32,000 nt of DNA from Candidatus Hermodarchaeota archaeon (GCA_048886185.1 JBHLKY010000010.1:176901-208900), one strand, 5' to 3'. Shown: positions 11,058 through 19,651, numbered from the stretch's first letter. Numbers and translations are program-made. The notes: a model not told the origin generated them from the letters alone.

Positions 11058-12785
11058 TTATAGAAATCCCCCAAGAGTGAATGTATCTGCAATGATCCAT
11101 GCGATGATTAAAGTATTAAAGAGAGCTCCTGATCCAGTGGAACGAGTTAATCTATAAAACCATTCTGTAAAAATTGAAGGAATTAAGATAACAGGAATAA
11201 TACCCCATAAAAACTCTAGAATGAGTCCTAAAAATCCTGGTACAATTTTTTGGTTAAACAGGAATAATGGAGCATAGAGTATTATGAGGATAAATATAAA
11301 AGGGGCTATTTTTACGCCTACAATCTTGAAAAATGTTAATATTGACGATTTTATATCTTCTCCCTCTCGATTATGAAAATATTCATAGAAGAATAAACCA
11401 TCAGCATAAAAATTGAATATTAAGAATGGTACGAATATAAAAAAGATGAATAAACGTGAGATAGGTAATAAATCTCCAAATAGCGGAGTTAGAATCTGAA
11501 AATTTATCCTAAAGACTGTTTTTATGGAAATACTAGTAAAATAAATTATAACGATTAAAAATGTTACAATTAGTATCTCTCGTCTGTTAAGCGAGATTTT
11601 AACTTTTTCTTTTATATTTGGGACAATTTTAGTAAGTTTAGGAAGAAAATATCTAATCAATATCAGCCCTAACACTCCCCATATGAATAACCACCAGACA
11701 AGTGAAGTTCCAAATAGTAAGGGCGGGAAAGGAATGAAAAAACCAATCATCATCATAGGTAGAAATAGAACGGCCCCGAGACAGCTCCAAAGAAGCAATA
11801 TCTTCCAGTTTTCATGAAACAATTCATCCTTCTTTTTGAGGTCTCTTTGGGGAACATCAAAGAAAGCATTTAATATTACAGAAAAGCTACAAATAAATCC
11901 GATAAACGCAATAAAACCACCAATAATCGCAAGGTCCCTTATAATAAAAAGAAAGTCTGAGGAAGATAGTTGAACATGAGTTGGAGGATTGAGAGTACGC
12001 CCCATCCATTGGATAATTTCAGAAACAATTAGAGGATCGAATGTTTCTGCAAGATGTATAGTCGATGTTAAGACAAGCTTACGAGCAGTATTTGTAGAGA
12101 AACTGCCATACTGAACATTTGGCTCTACCATCCCATCAGTACTAAACACAGGGGCTAAAGTCTCTCTTATTGAAGGTATATCAAATAGAATATCTTGAGT
12201 ACCTATAGCAATTAGGAGATTTTTTGGAAAAGTTGCATTAATTACCCCATAAGCCACATCCTCAACCATCTCTCCTAATCCCCCACCAATTAAAACTGTA
12301 GCACTGATATTACCATGACTGATACTTGTAGCACGTACTGCCCCTGCTCCAAGACTGTGACCAGCAAGACCTATAGCTGAGCTATTCACGTAAGGGCGGG
12401 ATTCTAAATATCGGACTGCTGCTAAAATTCCCAAAGTCGCATCATTAGTAGAGCCAAAAGATCCTCCTGAATTACCATGACCTATTTCATCAACTGCCAA
12501 AGATATAATCCCTCTACGACTGAGCTCCAAAGCAATTCCAGTTACATATTCCTTGGAGCTCCCAATTCCATGTGTTAGAATTACCGCGGGATAAGGAGTC
12601 ATTGGAGAAACACTTTTTGGCTTATATATTATCCCACTAAGTCGAATTCCATTATGGGGTATTGAAACTGGTTCGACATCTACAGTCCCAAAATTTGAAT
12701 TCAAGAAACCAGCAGTACCAACACCAATTAATGAGATAAGTAAGAAAAATATTGAAACTAACAATGCTTTTCGATTAAAGGGCAT
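11058..12785 (-). CDS. Alpha/beta hydrolase fused to a C-terminal multi-TM domain
   Basis: THG oxyanion motif, DEIGHGNS, nucleophile GHSLGA; N-terminal TM and about 8 C-terminal TM segments. Confidence 0.85.
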   Translation of the reverse strand: MPFNRKALLVSIFFLLISLIGVGTAGFLNSNFGTVDVEPVSIPHNGIRLSGIIYKPKSVSPMTPYPAVILTHGIGSSKEYVTGIALELSRRGIISLAVDEIGHGNSGGSFGSTNDATLGILAAVRYLESRPYVNSSAIGLAGHSLGAGAVRATSISHGNISATVLIGGGLGEMVEDVAYGVINATFPKNLLIAIGTQDILFDIPSIRETLAPVFSTDGMVEPNVQYGSFSTNTARKLVLTSTIHLAETFDPLIVSEIIQWMGRTLNPPTHVQLSSSDFLFIIRDLAIIGGFIAFIGFICSFSVILNAFFDVPQRDLKKKDELFHENWKILLLWSCLGAVLFLPMMMIGFFIPFPPLLFGTSLVWWLFIWGVLGLILIRYFLPKLTKIVPNIKEKVKISLNRREILIVTFLIVIIYFTSISIKTVFRINFQILTPLFGDLLPISRLFIFFIFVPFLIFNFYADGLFFYEYFHNREGEDIKSSILTFFKIVGVKIAPFIFILIILYAPLFLFNQKIVPGFLGLILEFLWGIIPVILIPSIFTEWFYRLTRSTGSGALFNTLIIAWIIADTFTLGGFL

Positions 12786-13091
12786 TGTAAAGACTCCTGA
12801 TTCATGTATAAGTTATTGACATCATTAGAAAATCATCTACGAATTATTTTGCATATCGATATAATTATTCTGGATTGTTTTATTTGCCTAAACAAATTTG
12901 TAATAGTTAATTTAAACCTAAATAAGTAATTTCTGTTAATGAGAAAAAAAATAACTTTTAACAACACAATATACCATTTAAGAATAAAAATATATAATCT
13001 AAAATTTTTCAATCTAACTGCACTTAACTGATTCTAGATGACATAAACAAAATTCATAATAATTAAGAGAAATTTTTTCTTTGGTAAATCA

Positions 13092-14318
13092 ATGATACAT
13101 AAAGGTGCAAACTTCTTGAGTTTTAAGAGAATTAATACTCGTTCTAATGAACTTTCATCTTTAACTCTTGCTTTTAAAGCTCATAGAAGTCGATTTAAGA
13201 GATCATTTCAAATGATTCTTGATCGGAAGAGTCCTATAGAATTAAAACAATATCCAGATGAATTTCTCAATGCATTCAACAACATAAAATCTCCAGGAGT
13301 TGCATTAAAGCATTATTATAGGCTAATTTTGTTGTTATTCCTAGCTAAGGATGACTTCACAGATCTGAATAAGAATGAAATAGATATAATATTCAAGGAG
13401 GTCGGAGTTGAATTATCCATCGATGTGTGGAAAAAATTAACAGGGCATTTAAGCAATGATTCTGATAATCTTCTGTACAAAATAAGGTTGGGGAAAGACA
13501 CCAGATTATTATTTTCCTCTAATAAAGATTTAATTAAGATAATGACGAGATTATTAACAAATTCTCAATCTATTGAACCTCCTCATGACTATTCATTAGC
13601 CATATTTAGTAAATCAGCTCCTAAGGATAAAAATAACGTTGATTATTGTTTAGATTTTTCTAATTACTTCAAAGAAGGTTTACCATCTGAAGATCAATGG
13701 TTAATTATAGAGGACGAATTAACAACTACAATTGAAACAATTTATGAAACTCACTTTGAAACAACACTTTTATTAAAAGAGTGTAAGCCTCATCCCTCTC
13801 TCTCTTTCATTCTAGGACATTCAGCTAATTATTTTGAGGGTTTGAAGTTATATATGTATCAGAATGGTCAATATTGGAAATACGAAAAGATAAATGAGAA
13901 TATTCGTGCCTCTAATCACTGGAATATTTCTACAAAATATAGAAAACCTTTAAATGATGATGAAATTAATGTTTTAATAAGTGTAAGCGATCCAATTATA
14001 CGATATGCCGAGAAGTATCTTCAAAAAGATAGAGAGGATACCAAATTCACTGTTCACTTTTCAATTAAACCTGAACCACAAGTAAACAGCATCACCGATC
14101 AAGATGATGCACTGAGAAAAGTTGATGCTATTTACACGTATCTAACGCGACTTAAAACGAAGATCCCTTATATTAAGGTTCATTTATTTATTTGGGCCCA
14201 AGCTGCTTTCATTTCATTACTTGGAATGAGACTTTCCTCTGTTGCCCTTGTTCAACTATATGAATTTGATCAAAAAACAGGAAATTTTGAACCTAGCCTA
14301 TTACTAGATCGTTATTAA
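13092..14318 (+). CDS. SAVED-domain protein with an uncharacterised (wHTH-like) N-terminal region
   Basis: The C-terminal ~240 aa carry SAVED hallmarks: LDFSNYF..LPSEDQW, HPSLSFILG, YQNGQYW, INVLISVS, VHLFIWAQAAFISLLGMRL, VQLYEFDQ..F.PSLLL. The true start may be TTG 13116 (AGGTG SD). Confidence 0.8.
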   Translation: MIHKGANFLSFKRINTRSNELSSLTLAFKAHRSRFKRSFQMILDRKSPIELKQYPDEFLNAFNNIKSPGVALKHYYRLILLLFLAKDDFTDLNKNEIDIIFKEVGVELSIDVWKKLTGHLSNDSDNLLYKIRLGKDTRLLFSSNKDLIKIMTRLLTNSQSIEPPHDYSLAIFSKSAPKDKNNVDYCLDFSNYFKEGLPSEDQWLIIEDELTTTIETIYETHFETTLLLKECKPHPSLSFILGHSANYFEGLKLYMYQNGQYWKYEKINENIRASNHWNISTKYRKPLNDDEINVLISVSDPIIRYAEKYLQKDREDTKFTVHFSIKPEPQVNSITDQDDALRKVDAIYTYLTRLKTKIPYIKVHLFIWAQAAFISLLGMRLSSVALVQLYEFDQKTGNFEPSLLLDRY

Positions 14319-14472
14319 CAATAACTATCAATCAAAATCAATACAATCTTTTTTAGTATTCATTCTAGGCATCTATTTTTTTTTACATGAACTATAACAC
14401 ATATGCCTTAGATAAGGAGATTCTCATGATTAAATGCCTATAAATGACATAAAAAAGCTTTCTATTTTTTTT

Positions 14473-14486
14473 GCACTGTATCGCAC
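14473..14486 (+). promoter_or_regulatory. Distal GCAC-N5-CGCAC box (copy 1)
   Basis: GCACtgtatCGCAC; the same motif occurs four times, twice per cassette. Confidence 0.65.
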
Positions 14487-14591
14487 TTTATTGAACTTGA
14501 AATATCTGCTTTATTTTTCTCTATAAAGAAATTTAACAAAATACTTCTTTGTTTAAAGTATAGAAAGGGTTTTTTCTATAGTACTAAAATT

Positions 14592-14605
14592 GCACATGTT
14601 CGCAC
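14592..14605 (+). promoter_or_regulatory. Proximal GCAC-N5-CGCAC box (copy 1)
   Basis: GCACatgttCGCAC, 119 bp downstream of the distal box and ~22 bp upstream of the TATA-like element. Confidence 0.65.
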
Positions 14606-14618
14606 CACTTATTTAAAA

Positions 14619-14635
14619 CCATAAAACTTAAATAT
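14619..14635 (+). promoter_or_regulatory. Putative BRE/TATA element (copy 1)
   Basis: ccataaaacTTAAATAt, equivalent to ccataaggtTTAAATAa in copy 2 at the same distance from the palindrome. Confidence 0.55.
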
Positions 14636-14653
14636 ATTTCTGAATAAGATATA

Positions 14654-14679
14654 TATTGACCTGGAATCATTGGTCAATA
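14654..14679. promoter_or_regulatory. Palindromic operator or 5' hairpin TTGACC-N10-GGTCAA (copy 1)
   Basis: TATTGACC-tggaatcatt-GGTCAATA, perfect 8-bp arms, at the expected transcription start ~25 nt after the TATA. Confidence 0.7.
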
Positions 14680-14705
14680 CCATTAGATTAATAAAGGTGA
14701 TAAAC

Positions 14706-14771
14706 ATGGCAGATAAAGAGAAGAAAACAAAAACAAAAAAACCACGAGCTAAAAAAACAAAGAAGAAATAA
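14706..14771 (+). CDS. Lys-rich microprotein A1 (21 aa) MADKEKKTKTKKPRAKKTKKK
   Basis: AAGGTGA SD upstream of ATG; paralog at 22950-23012 with 57/60 nt identity over 20 codons. Confidence 0.8.
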   Translation: MADKEKKTKTKKPRAKKTKKK

Positions 14772-14827
14772 TTTAGCTAAAGAATAGGTGATTTTTAAAA
14801 TAATTTTTTTTTAAAAGGGTGATTGAT

Positions 14828-14947
14828 ATGAGAAAGGGACCAAAAAAGAAGCCAATCTATGAAGAAGAAGAAGAGGAAGAAGACTGGGAGGACGAGGACG
14901 ACGATTGGGACGATGAAGACGAAGATTGGGATGAAGAGGATAATTAA
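14828..14947 (+). CDS. Basic-head/acidic-Trp microprotein B1 (39 aa) MRKGPKKKPIYEEEEEEEDWEDEDDDWDDEDEDWDEEDN
   Basis: GGGTGA SD; paralog at 22784-22897 with synonymous changes and frame-preserving length differences. Confidence 0.82.
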   Translation: MRKGPKKKPIYEEEEEEEDWEDEDDDWDDEDEDWDEEDN

Positions 14948-14966
14948 TCGTTTTAAAATTTTACTT

Positions 14967-15004
14967 GAGGTGAAATTTCCCCTTTATTAGGGGAACTCCA
15001 CCTC
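14967..15004. terminator. Hairpin 3' of cassette copy 1 (terminator or stability element)
   Basis: GAGGTG..TTCCCCT-ttatt-AGGGGAA..CACCTC between convergent units; sequence-related hairpin in copy 2. Confidence 0.65.
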
Positions 15005-15028
15005 TATTTCTTAAATACATACACTAGC

Positions 15029-15871
15029 TTATAAATGGTCTTCAAGCCATTCCTTCAAATCTATTAAAACTTGGTTACGACCAGGTTGTGGTTCGTTATA
15101 AACTTCGTGATATAATCCTTCATAATATTTTAGCTGTTTATCAGAAACCGTTATGTATGAAAACAGCTTTACCGGGTCAAGAGTGAGTTTGTCAAGTTTT
15201 CCGGATTGAACAAGGATAGGGAGTTGGATTTTTGATAATGATTCAGGAAGCTTTTTGCTGACCTTCAGATATTCTGCTCCAAGACGATAAGTTACAAATG
15301 TAAATACTAATGGATCGTTCTTGTAGGCTTCAACGACTTTAGGATCACTAGAAATATCGTCAGCTAAGTTAGTATTGACCTTTCCTTTCGGTCTAATTTT
15401 TGACAATAGTCCTGAGAGTAGGACTACTAATGGATTAACCTTACTTGTGGCAGGATAGCCAAATCCTGAGAAAATAACTCCTTTTAGCTCCTTGGAATAT
15501 TTAATTGCATACTCAATAGCAATTATAACACCCATTGAGTGACCTAACAAGAAAAGCGGAACATTTACCTGTTCTTCCTTGATAAGATGAGTAAATTTCT
15601 TTGCATCCTGAGAATAGTCGTTAAAACTATTCACATAACCCCTTATGCCCTCTGATTTTCCATGGCCCCGTAGATCATTACAGTAGACAATAAAATTATT
15701 TGGTACCAAGGAATTTACCACGTTCATGTATCGAGAACTATGTTCTGCTAATCCATGCACAATCTGAAGAATAGCTTTCGGTTTTCCATCTGGTTCCCAT
15801 ACTTGATAATATAAATTGAGGCCATCATCAGTTGTAAAATGATCGTCTCTATGTTTCATGATTCTTCCCAT
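15029..15871 (-). CDS. Monoacylglycerol lipase/lysophospholipase family alpha/beta hydrolase
   Basis: VHGLAEH, DLRGHGKS, GHSMG nucleophile, GKLDKLT, YHEVYNE. Start may be ATG 15859. Confidence 0.92.
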   Translation of the reverse strand: MGRIMKHRDDHFTTDDGLNLYYQVWEPDGKPKAILQIVHGLAEHSSRYMNVVNSLVPNNFIVYCNDLRGHGKSEGIRGYVNSFNDYSQDAKKFTHLIKEEQVNVPLFLLGHSMGVIIAIEYAIKYSKELKGVIFSGFGYPATSKVNPLVVLLSGLLSKIRPKGKVNTNLADDISSDPKVVEAYKNDPLVFTFVTYRLGAEYLKVSKKLPESLSKIQLPILVQSGKLDKLTLDPVKLFSYITVSDKQLKYYEGLYHEVYNEPQPGRNQVLIDLKEWLEDHL

Positions 15872-16296
15872 ATCCTGCTTTTCAAAATAATTGAAAAAAC
15901 AATTGGTATAATTATTTACTCTCTGATTTTCCCCTTAGTATATTTTTCTTAATCTTGTTAAAATACTTTCAATCGACCCCTAAGTTTCCCTAATTGTGAA
16001 ATTTCTGCTATTTTTTATCTTTCTTAAAGGAAAATAAGAAATGATTACAGTAAATAGAATTCTCCAAAATAAATATGGGGGAAATAAAGCTCATCAGATT
16101 TGACGTTCCTTCATACCTTTTTATTTTTGGAAAATGCTAGAGATCAGGATTTTATCAGAATTTTTGATATTAATTAGTCTGTAAAATATTCTGAAAGTAT
16201 TAGAGATGATATTTCGAATATTGAGAATTAAAAGATGGAGTTAACTCTTTTGTAAAACTATATAAATACCTAAATTGTAGCGAACTAGATCTTAAC

Positions 16297-17121
16297 ATGC
16301 AATCTGATATGTTTAATTTTCCTGTAGAAATAAAAAAGCTTGATTGGCCATTTAATTCTAATTTTAATGAAAATGAGGTTCGACAACTGCTTAATGAATT
16401 TGGAGGAACTGCACAATATCAAGTGAAGGAAGCTCATTTTAATTTCTATGAATTTTCTCGTATAAGCTTAAGCCTCAGTCAACCTGCTATTGTACTCTTT
16501 CTACCAGAAAAAGGTTATTATTCTATTAAACCATTTGCTTACCCTCCAGCAATCACCCTTTCTTTGAAAAAACCTCCAATAAACTTAGCAAATTATCATC
16601 GAATGAGAATTCAACACTTAATCCATTCTCTTGGAGAGCATTTCCCCGAAACAGAAATGTTAGAATCAAAATCTGGAGATCTTCTAATAATTTTTCAAAA
16701 ATTCTTATTTTATCCAATCTGTCAGTTCAACACGATTCAACAAATCAGCCAATTAATCGAAATTCTTTGGTTAGCATCTAGAGCCAGGATATTACTCGAT
16801 TATAATCAAAGCCATTGGCTAGTCTCAGAAGTGGAATACATCTACTATGTGGACACAGATTACATCGGACACTCATATATTGACCTTGATAGGTGTCTTT
16901 TTGAAAATTTGAATCAATCACTCGCTTTTTTTACATCAGAAAATGTTGGTTTACTACCTCTAGCCATTGATAATTTTTCTGAAAGTGATGAAACTCAAAC
17001 GCGTTTTGTCAATAGATTAAAAAAAGCTCTAAAGAAATTAATAGAAAACTGGGATATTGGAAAGTTGTCGGAAGAGAATAAACGGAAATTAGAAGTGTTT
17101 AACAAGATTGTTCAGGCCTAA
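16297..17121 (+). CDS. Hypothetical protein with a degenerate protein-kinase-like fold
   Basis: YSIKPF (beta3 Lys-like), RILLDYNQSHWLV (HRDLKxxN-like loop), IYYVDTDY (DFG-like), in kinase order. Confidence 0.5.
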   Translation: MQSDMFNFPVEIKKLDWPFNSNFNENEVRQLLNEFGGTAQYQVKEAHFNFYEFSRISLSLSQPAIVLFLPEKGYYSIKPFAYPPAITLSLKKPPINLANYHRMRIQHLIHSLGEHFPETEMLESKSGDLLIIFQKFLFYPICQFNTIQQISQLIEILWLASRARILLDYNQSHWLVSEVEYIYYVDTDYIGHSYIDLDRCLFENLNQSLAFFTSENVGLLPLAIDNFSESDETQTRFVNRLKKALKKLIENWDIGKLSEENKRKLEVFNKIVQA

Positions 17122-17425
17122 CATTTTTAGTGTCAATAGCGAGTAATTGAGCTCAATTATTCTTTAGTTTATTTATTGAAGTAAAAGGAAGACGCACAGA
17201 ACTGTCTGCATTTTTAATCATCTAGTTCCTTAAGCTTTTAAGAATAGTATAATATATATAATTTCTCTTAATCCTGTATTATTGAAATTTTAGTCTTTTC
17301 TTTTCCAAAATTTACCATTTGTTCTTCCCTGTGAACTTTACAGCTGTGAACATTTTATTGTTTTCATAATCTTTTAAAGATAGGATCTCATTGGCTATAT
17401 ACCCCTTATTATGATCTCACTATGA

Positions 17426-17983
17426 ATGTTGGTTAATCAAATGCTTGATACGAATGAAACTGTAGGAGTCCACTTGGAAGGATTTGCCTTTGGAATGACT
17501 GATGGGATTATATGCTTTCTTGGAATAATTATCGGAGTAGCTCAGGCAACACGGGATCCTAAGATGGTTATAATTGCTGGTATAGTTGGTGGTATTGCGG
17601 ATGCTTTTGGTAACTCCATAGGTTTCCTTATCTCCCAGATAACTGAACAAAGTATTCAAATGCATCAAAAAGAGGATTTAGGACAAGAAGTTCGGATTCA
17701 TAGTCAAGGAGAAGTAATATTTAGTGGCATATTCTCTTTTATTGCGACAATCATAACCTTAGTATTGCTTATCGGACCATATTTCTTCATCGATGATTTC
17801 TATCTAGCTATGTTTGTTACATTTATTTTAGGAGTATTGTCACTATTCCTCTTAGGTAGGTATGTGGCTAAGATTAGCAAGAAAGATCAGTTAAAAATGG
17901 GTTTATTATATGCAATAATAGGGATAACAGGTGCAATTTTCGCTTTTATGATTGGAAGTTTGTTAAATCAGATTATTCAATAA
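17426..17983 (+). CDS. VIT1/CCC1 family metal (Fe/Mn) transporter
   Basis: FGMTDGIICFLGIIIGVA, IAGIVGGIADAFGNSIG..SQITE; five TM segments. Confidence 0.88.
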   Translation: MLVNQMLDTNETVGVHLEGFAFGMTDGIICFLGIIIGVAQATRDPKMVIIAGIVGGIADAFGNSIGFLISQITEQSIQMHQKEDLGQEVRIHSQGEVIFSGIFSFIATIITLVLLIGPYFFIDDFYLAMFVTFILGVLSLFLLGRYVAKISKKDQLKMGLLYAIIGITGAIFAFMIGSLLNQIIQ

Positions 17984-18297
17984 TCTTAAACGGTTTAATC
18001 TGAAGTTTTATAAAATAAGGATTAAAATTACCAAAAAATTAACTAAAAGCTTCAATAGGATCTATATTATGTAAGGTAATTGTACCGTCGTAATTTAAAA
18101 AAGTCAATATTTCTATAATATCCATGACCCTTTCCTCAGATTGAGGTGCTTTTGATTCCTTTTTCATTTGATCGTCATTTAGAACATGGATTTCTTTCTT
18201 TATAAATTTAATTAAATGGAATTCAGAAAAAATTCACTTGACAGATATTGACACATTAAGATAACAATAAGAAGTAAGCAAGATTTTAAAGATTCAA

Positions 18298-19587
18298 GTG
18301 TTGAGAGTGAATAAAATACGGTTAAAAAACGCGTTATCAGTTTTTATTTTCCTTATTTTTATATTTAAAGTGTCTGGTTATTTAGGTTCCCCCGTATATA
18401 ATGTTATAATGAATAATTCCTATTCAGGTTTTAGAGGTGTTAATTTAGGTAATTTTTTAGAAGCACCAAATGAAGGAGATTGGAGTAATGGGTTATTAAT
18501 TCAAGAAAAACACTTTAATCGGATAAAATCGGCAGGATTCAACCTTGTGCGTATTCCTATTCGTTGGAATGCTCATGCTTTGGATATTTCTCCTTATACT
18601 ATTGATGGTTCCTTTTTTGATAGAGTTGATTGGGTAATTAATCAAGGTATTTTAAGAAATTTGTCTATTATAATCAATATTCATCATTATAATGAGTTAA
18701 TGGCTGACCCTGAAGGCCATAAGGATCGTTTCCTTAGCTTATGGCAACAAGTTTCCCATCATTATCAGAATTATTCCAATGCATTGATTTTTGAAGTTTT
18801 AAATGAGCCTCATGATAATTTGAATAATTCCCTATGGAATCAATACCTAAAAGAAGTGATTGGTGTTATTCGTCAAACAAACCCCGCTAGAACACTGATA
18901 ATAGGTCCCACAAATTGGAATAATCTTTGGGCACTAAATGACCTTATACTTCCTCAAAACGACTCCAACATAGTAGTCACTTTTCATTTTTATTCTCCTT
19001 TTGAATTTACACACCAAGGAGCTGAATGGGTTTCAGGAAGTAACGAATGGTTAGGAACCAATTGGACTAGATCTCAACCTGAAATGGATGCCATTAATTA
19101 TGAATTTGACATTGCAATAAATTGGGCTAGAGTAAATAACAAGAGCTTATTTTTGGGTGAATTCGGAGCATATCAATACGCTTACATAAATGGGCGTATT
19201 GAATGGACAAGCTTTGTACGTGCAAAGGCTGAATCATGCCCTGAAATGTGGGGTTGGGCCTACTGGGAGTTTTGTTCTGGTTTTGGAATCATGGATAGTA
19301 GTCTAAGTTACTGGTACATTGGATTAGTGGGCGCTCTGCTTCCAGATAGTCCTTTGATTGTGACTACTACGACTTATTTCTCCTCTGCAGCACCTAGTTC
19401 GCTTCCTATAGAGTCTAATACTAGTCATAAATCATCTAAAACAAGTGTTGAAGCTGATCATACATCCACCTCTCAATCTAATATTTCGTCAGGGTCTACT
19501 ACCCTGGAAATACTACCTATTCTTGTTTTAAACTTCATTCTCACCATATTTTATACAAAAAGAAGAACTAAAAATCAAAGGAAGTAA
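18298..19587 (+). CDS. Glycoside hydrolase family 5 endoglucanase/mannanase (Thermotoga Cel5A-like), C-terminally anchored
   Basis: GVNLGNFLEAPNEGDW, VRIPIRW, NIHHY, acid/base VLNEPH, FHFYSPFEFTHQGAEW, nucleophile LGEFGAY, WAYWEF; signal peptide, Ser/Thr linker, TM and basic tail. Confidence 0.93.
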   Translation: MLRVNKIRLKNALSVFIFLIFIFKVSGYLGSPVYNVIMNNSYSGFRGVNLGNFLEAPNEGDWSNGLLIQEKHFNRIKSAGFNLVRIPIRWNAHALDISPYTIDGSFFDRVDWVINQGILRNLSIIINIHHYNELMADPEGHKDRFLSLWQQVSHHYQNYSNALIFEVLNEPHDNLNNSLWNQYLKEVIGVIRQTNPARTLIIGPTNWNNLWALNDLILPQNDSNIVVTFHFYSPFEFTHQGAEWVSGSNEWLGTNWTRSQPEMDAINYEFDIAINWARVNNKSLFLGEFGAYQYAYINGRIEWTSFVRAKAESCPEMWGWAYWEFCSGFGIMDSSLSYWYIGLVGALLPDSPLIVTTTTYFSSAAPSSLPIESNTSHKSSKTSVEADHTSTSQSNISSGSTTLEILPILVLNFILTIFYTKRRTKNQRK

Positions 19588-19651
19588 ATATCCACTTAAA
19601 TGGATTATTTATCGAATAGGGCTCTCAGAAGGGAGTACAATGAATTTATTG

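Larger units (their letters stand above)
14360..15010 (+). repeat. Copy 1 of an inverted, diverged ~650-bp microprotein cassette
   Basis: Aligns to the reverse complement of ~22697-23380. Segment 14592-14681 vs 23129-23040 is ungapped, 65/90 identical by manual count. End points are approximate. Confidence 0.92.

Noticed and set aside
14861-14940. GAA/GAC microsatellite as neutral simple repeat
   Set aside because: It sits in an SD-led ORF conserved in two copies with synonymous changes and retained TGG codons.
18238-18253. Tandem TTGACA hexamers upstream of GH5 (sigma70 -35-like)
   Set aside because: No -10 element at 16-18 bp and the host appears archaeal; could be chance in AT-rich DNA.
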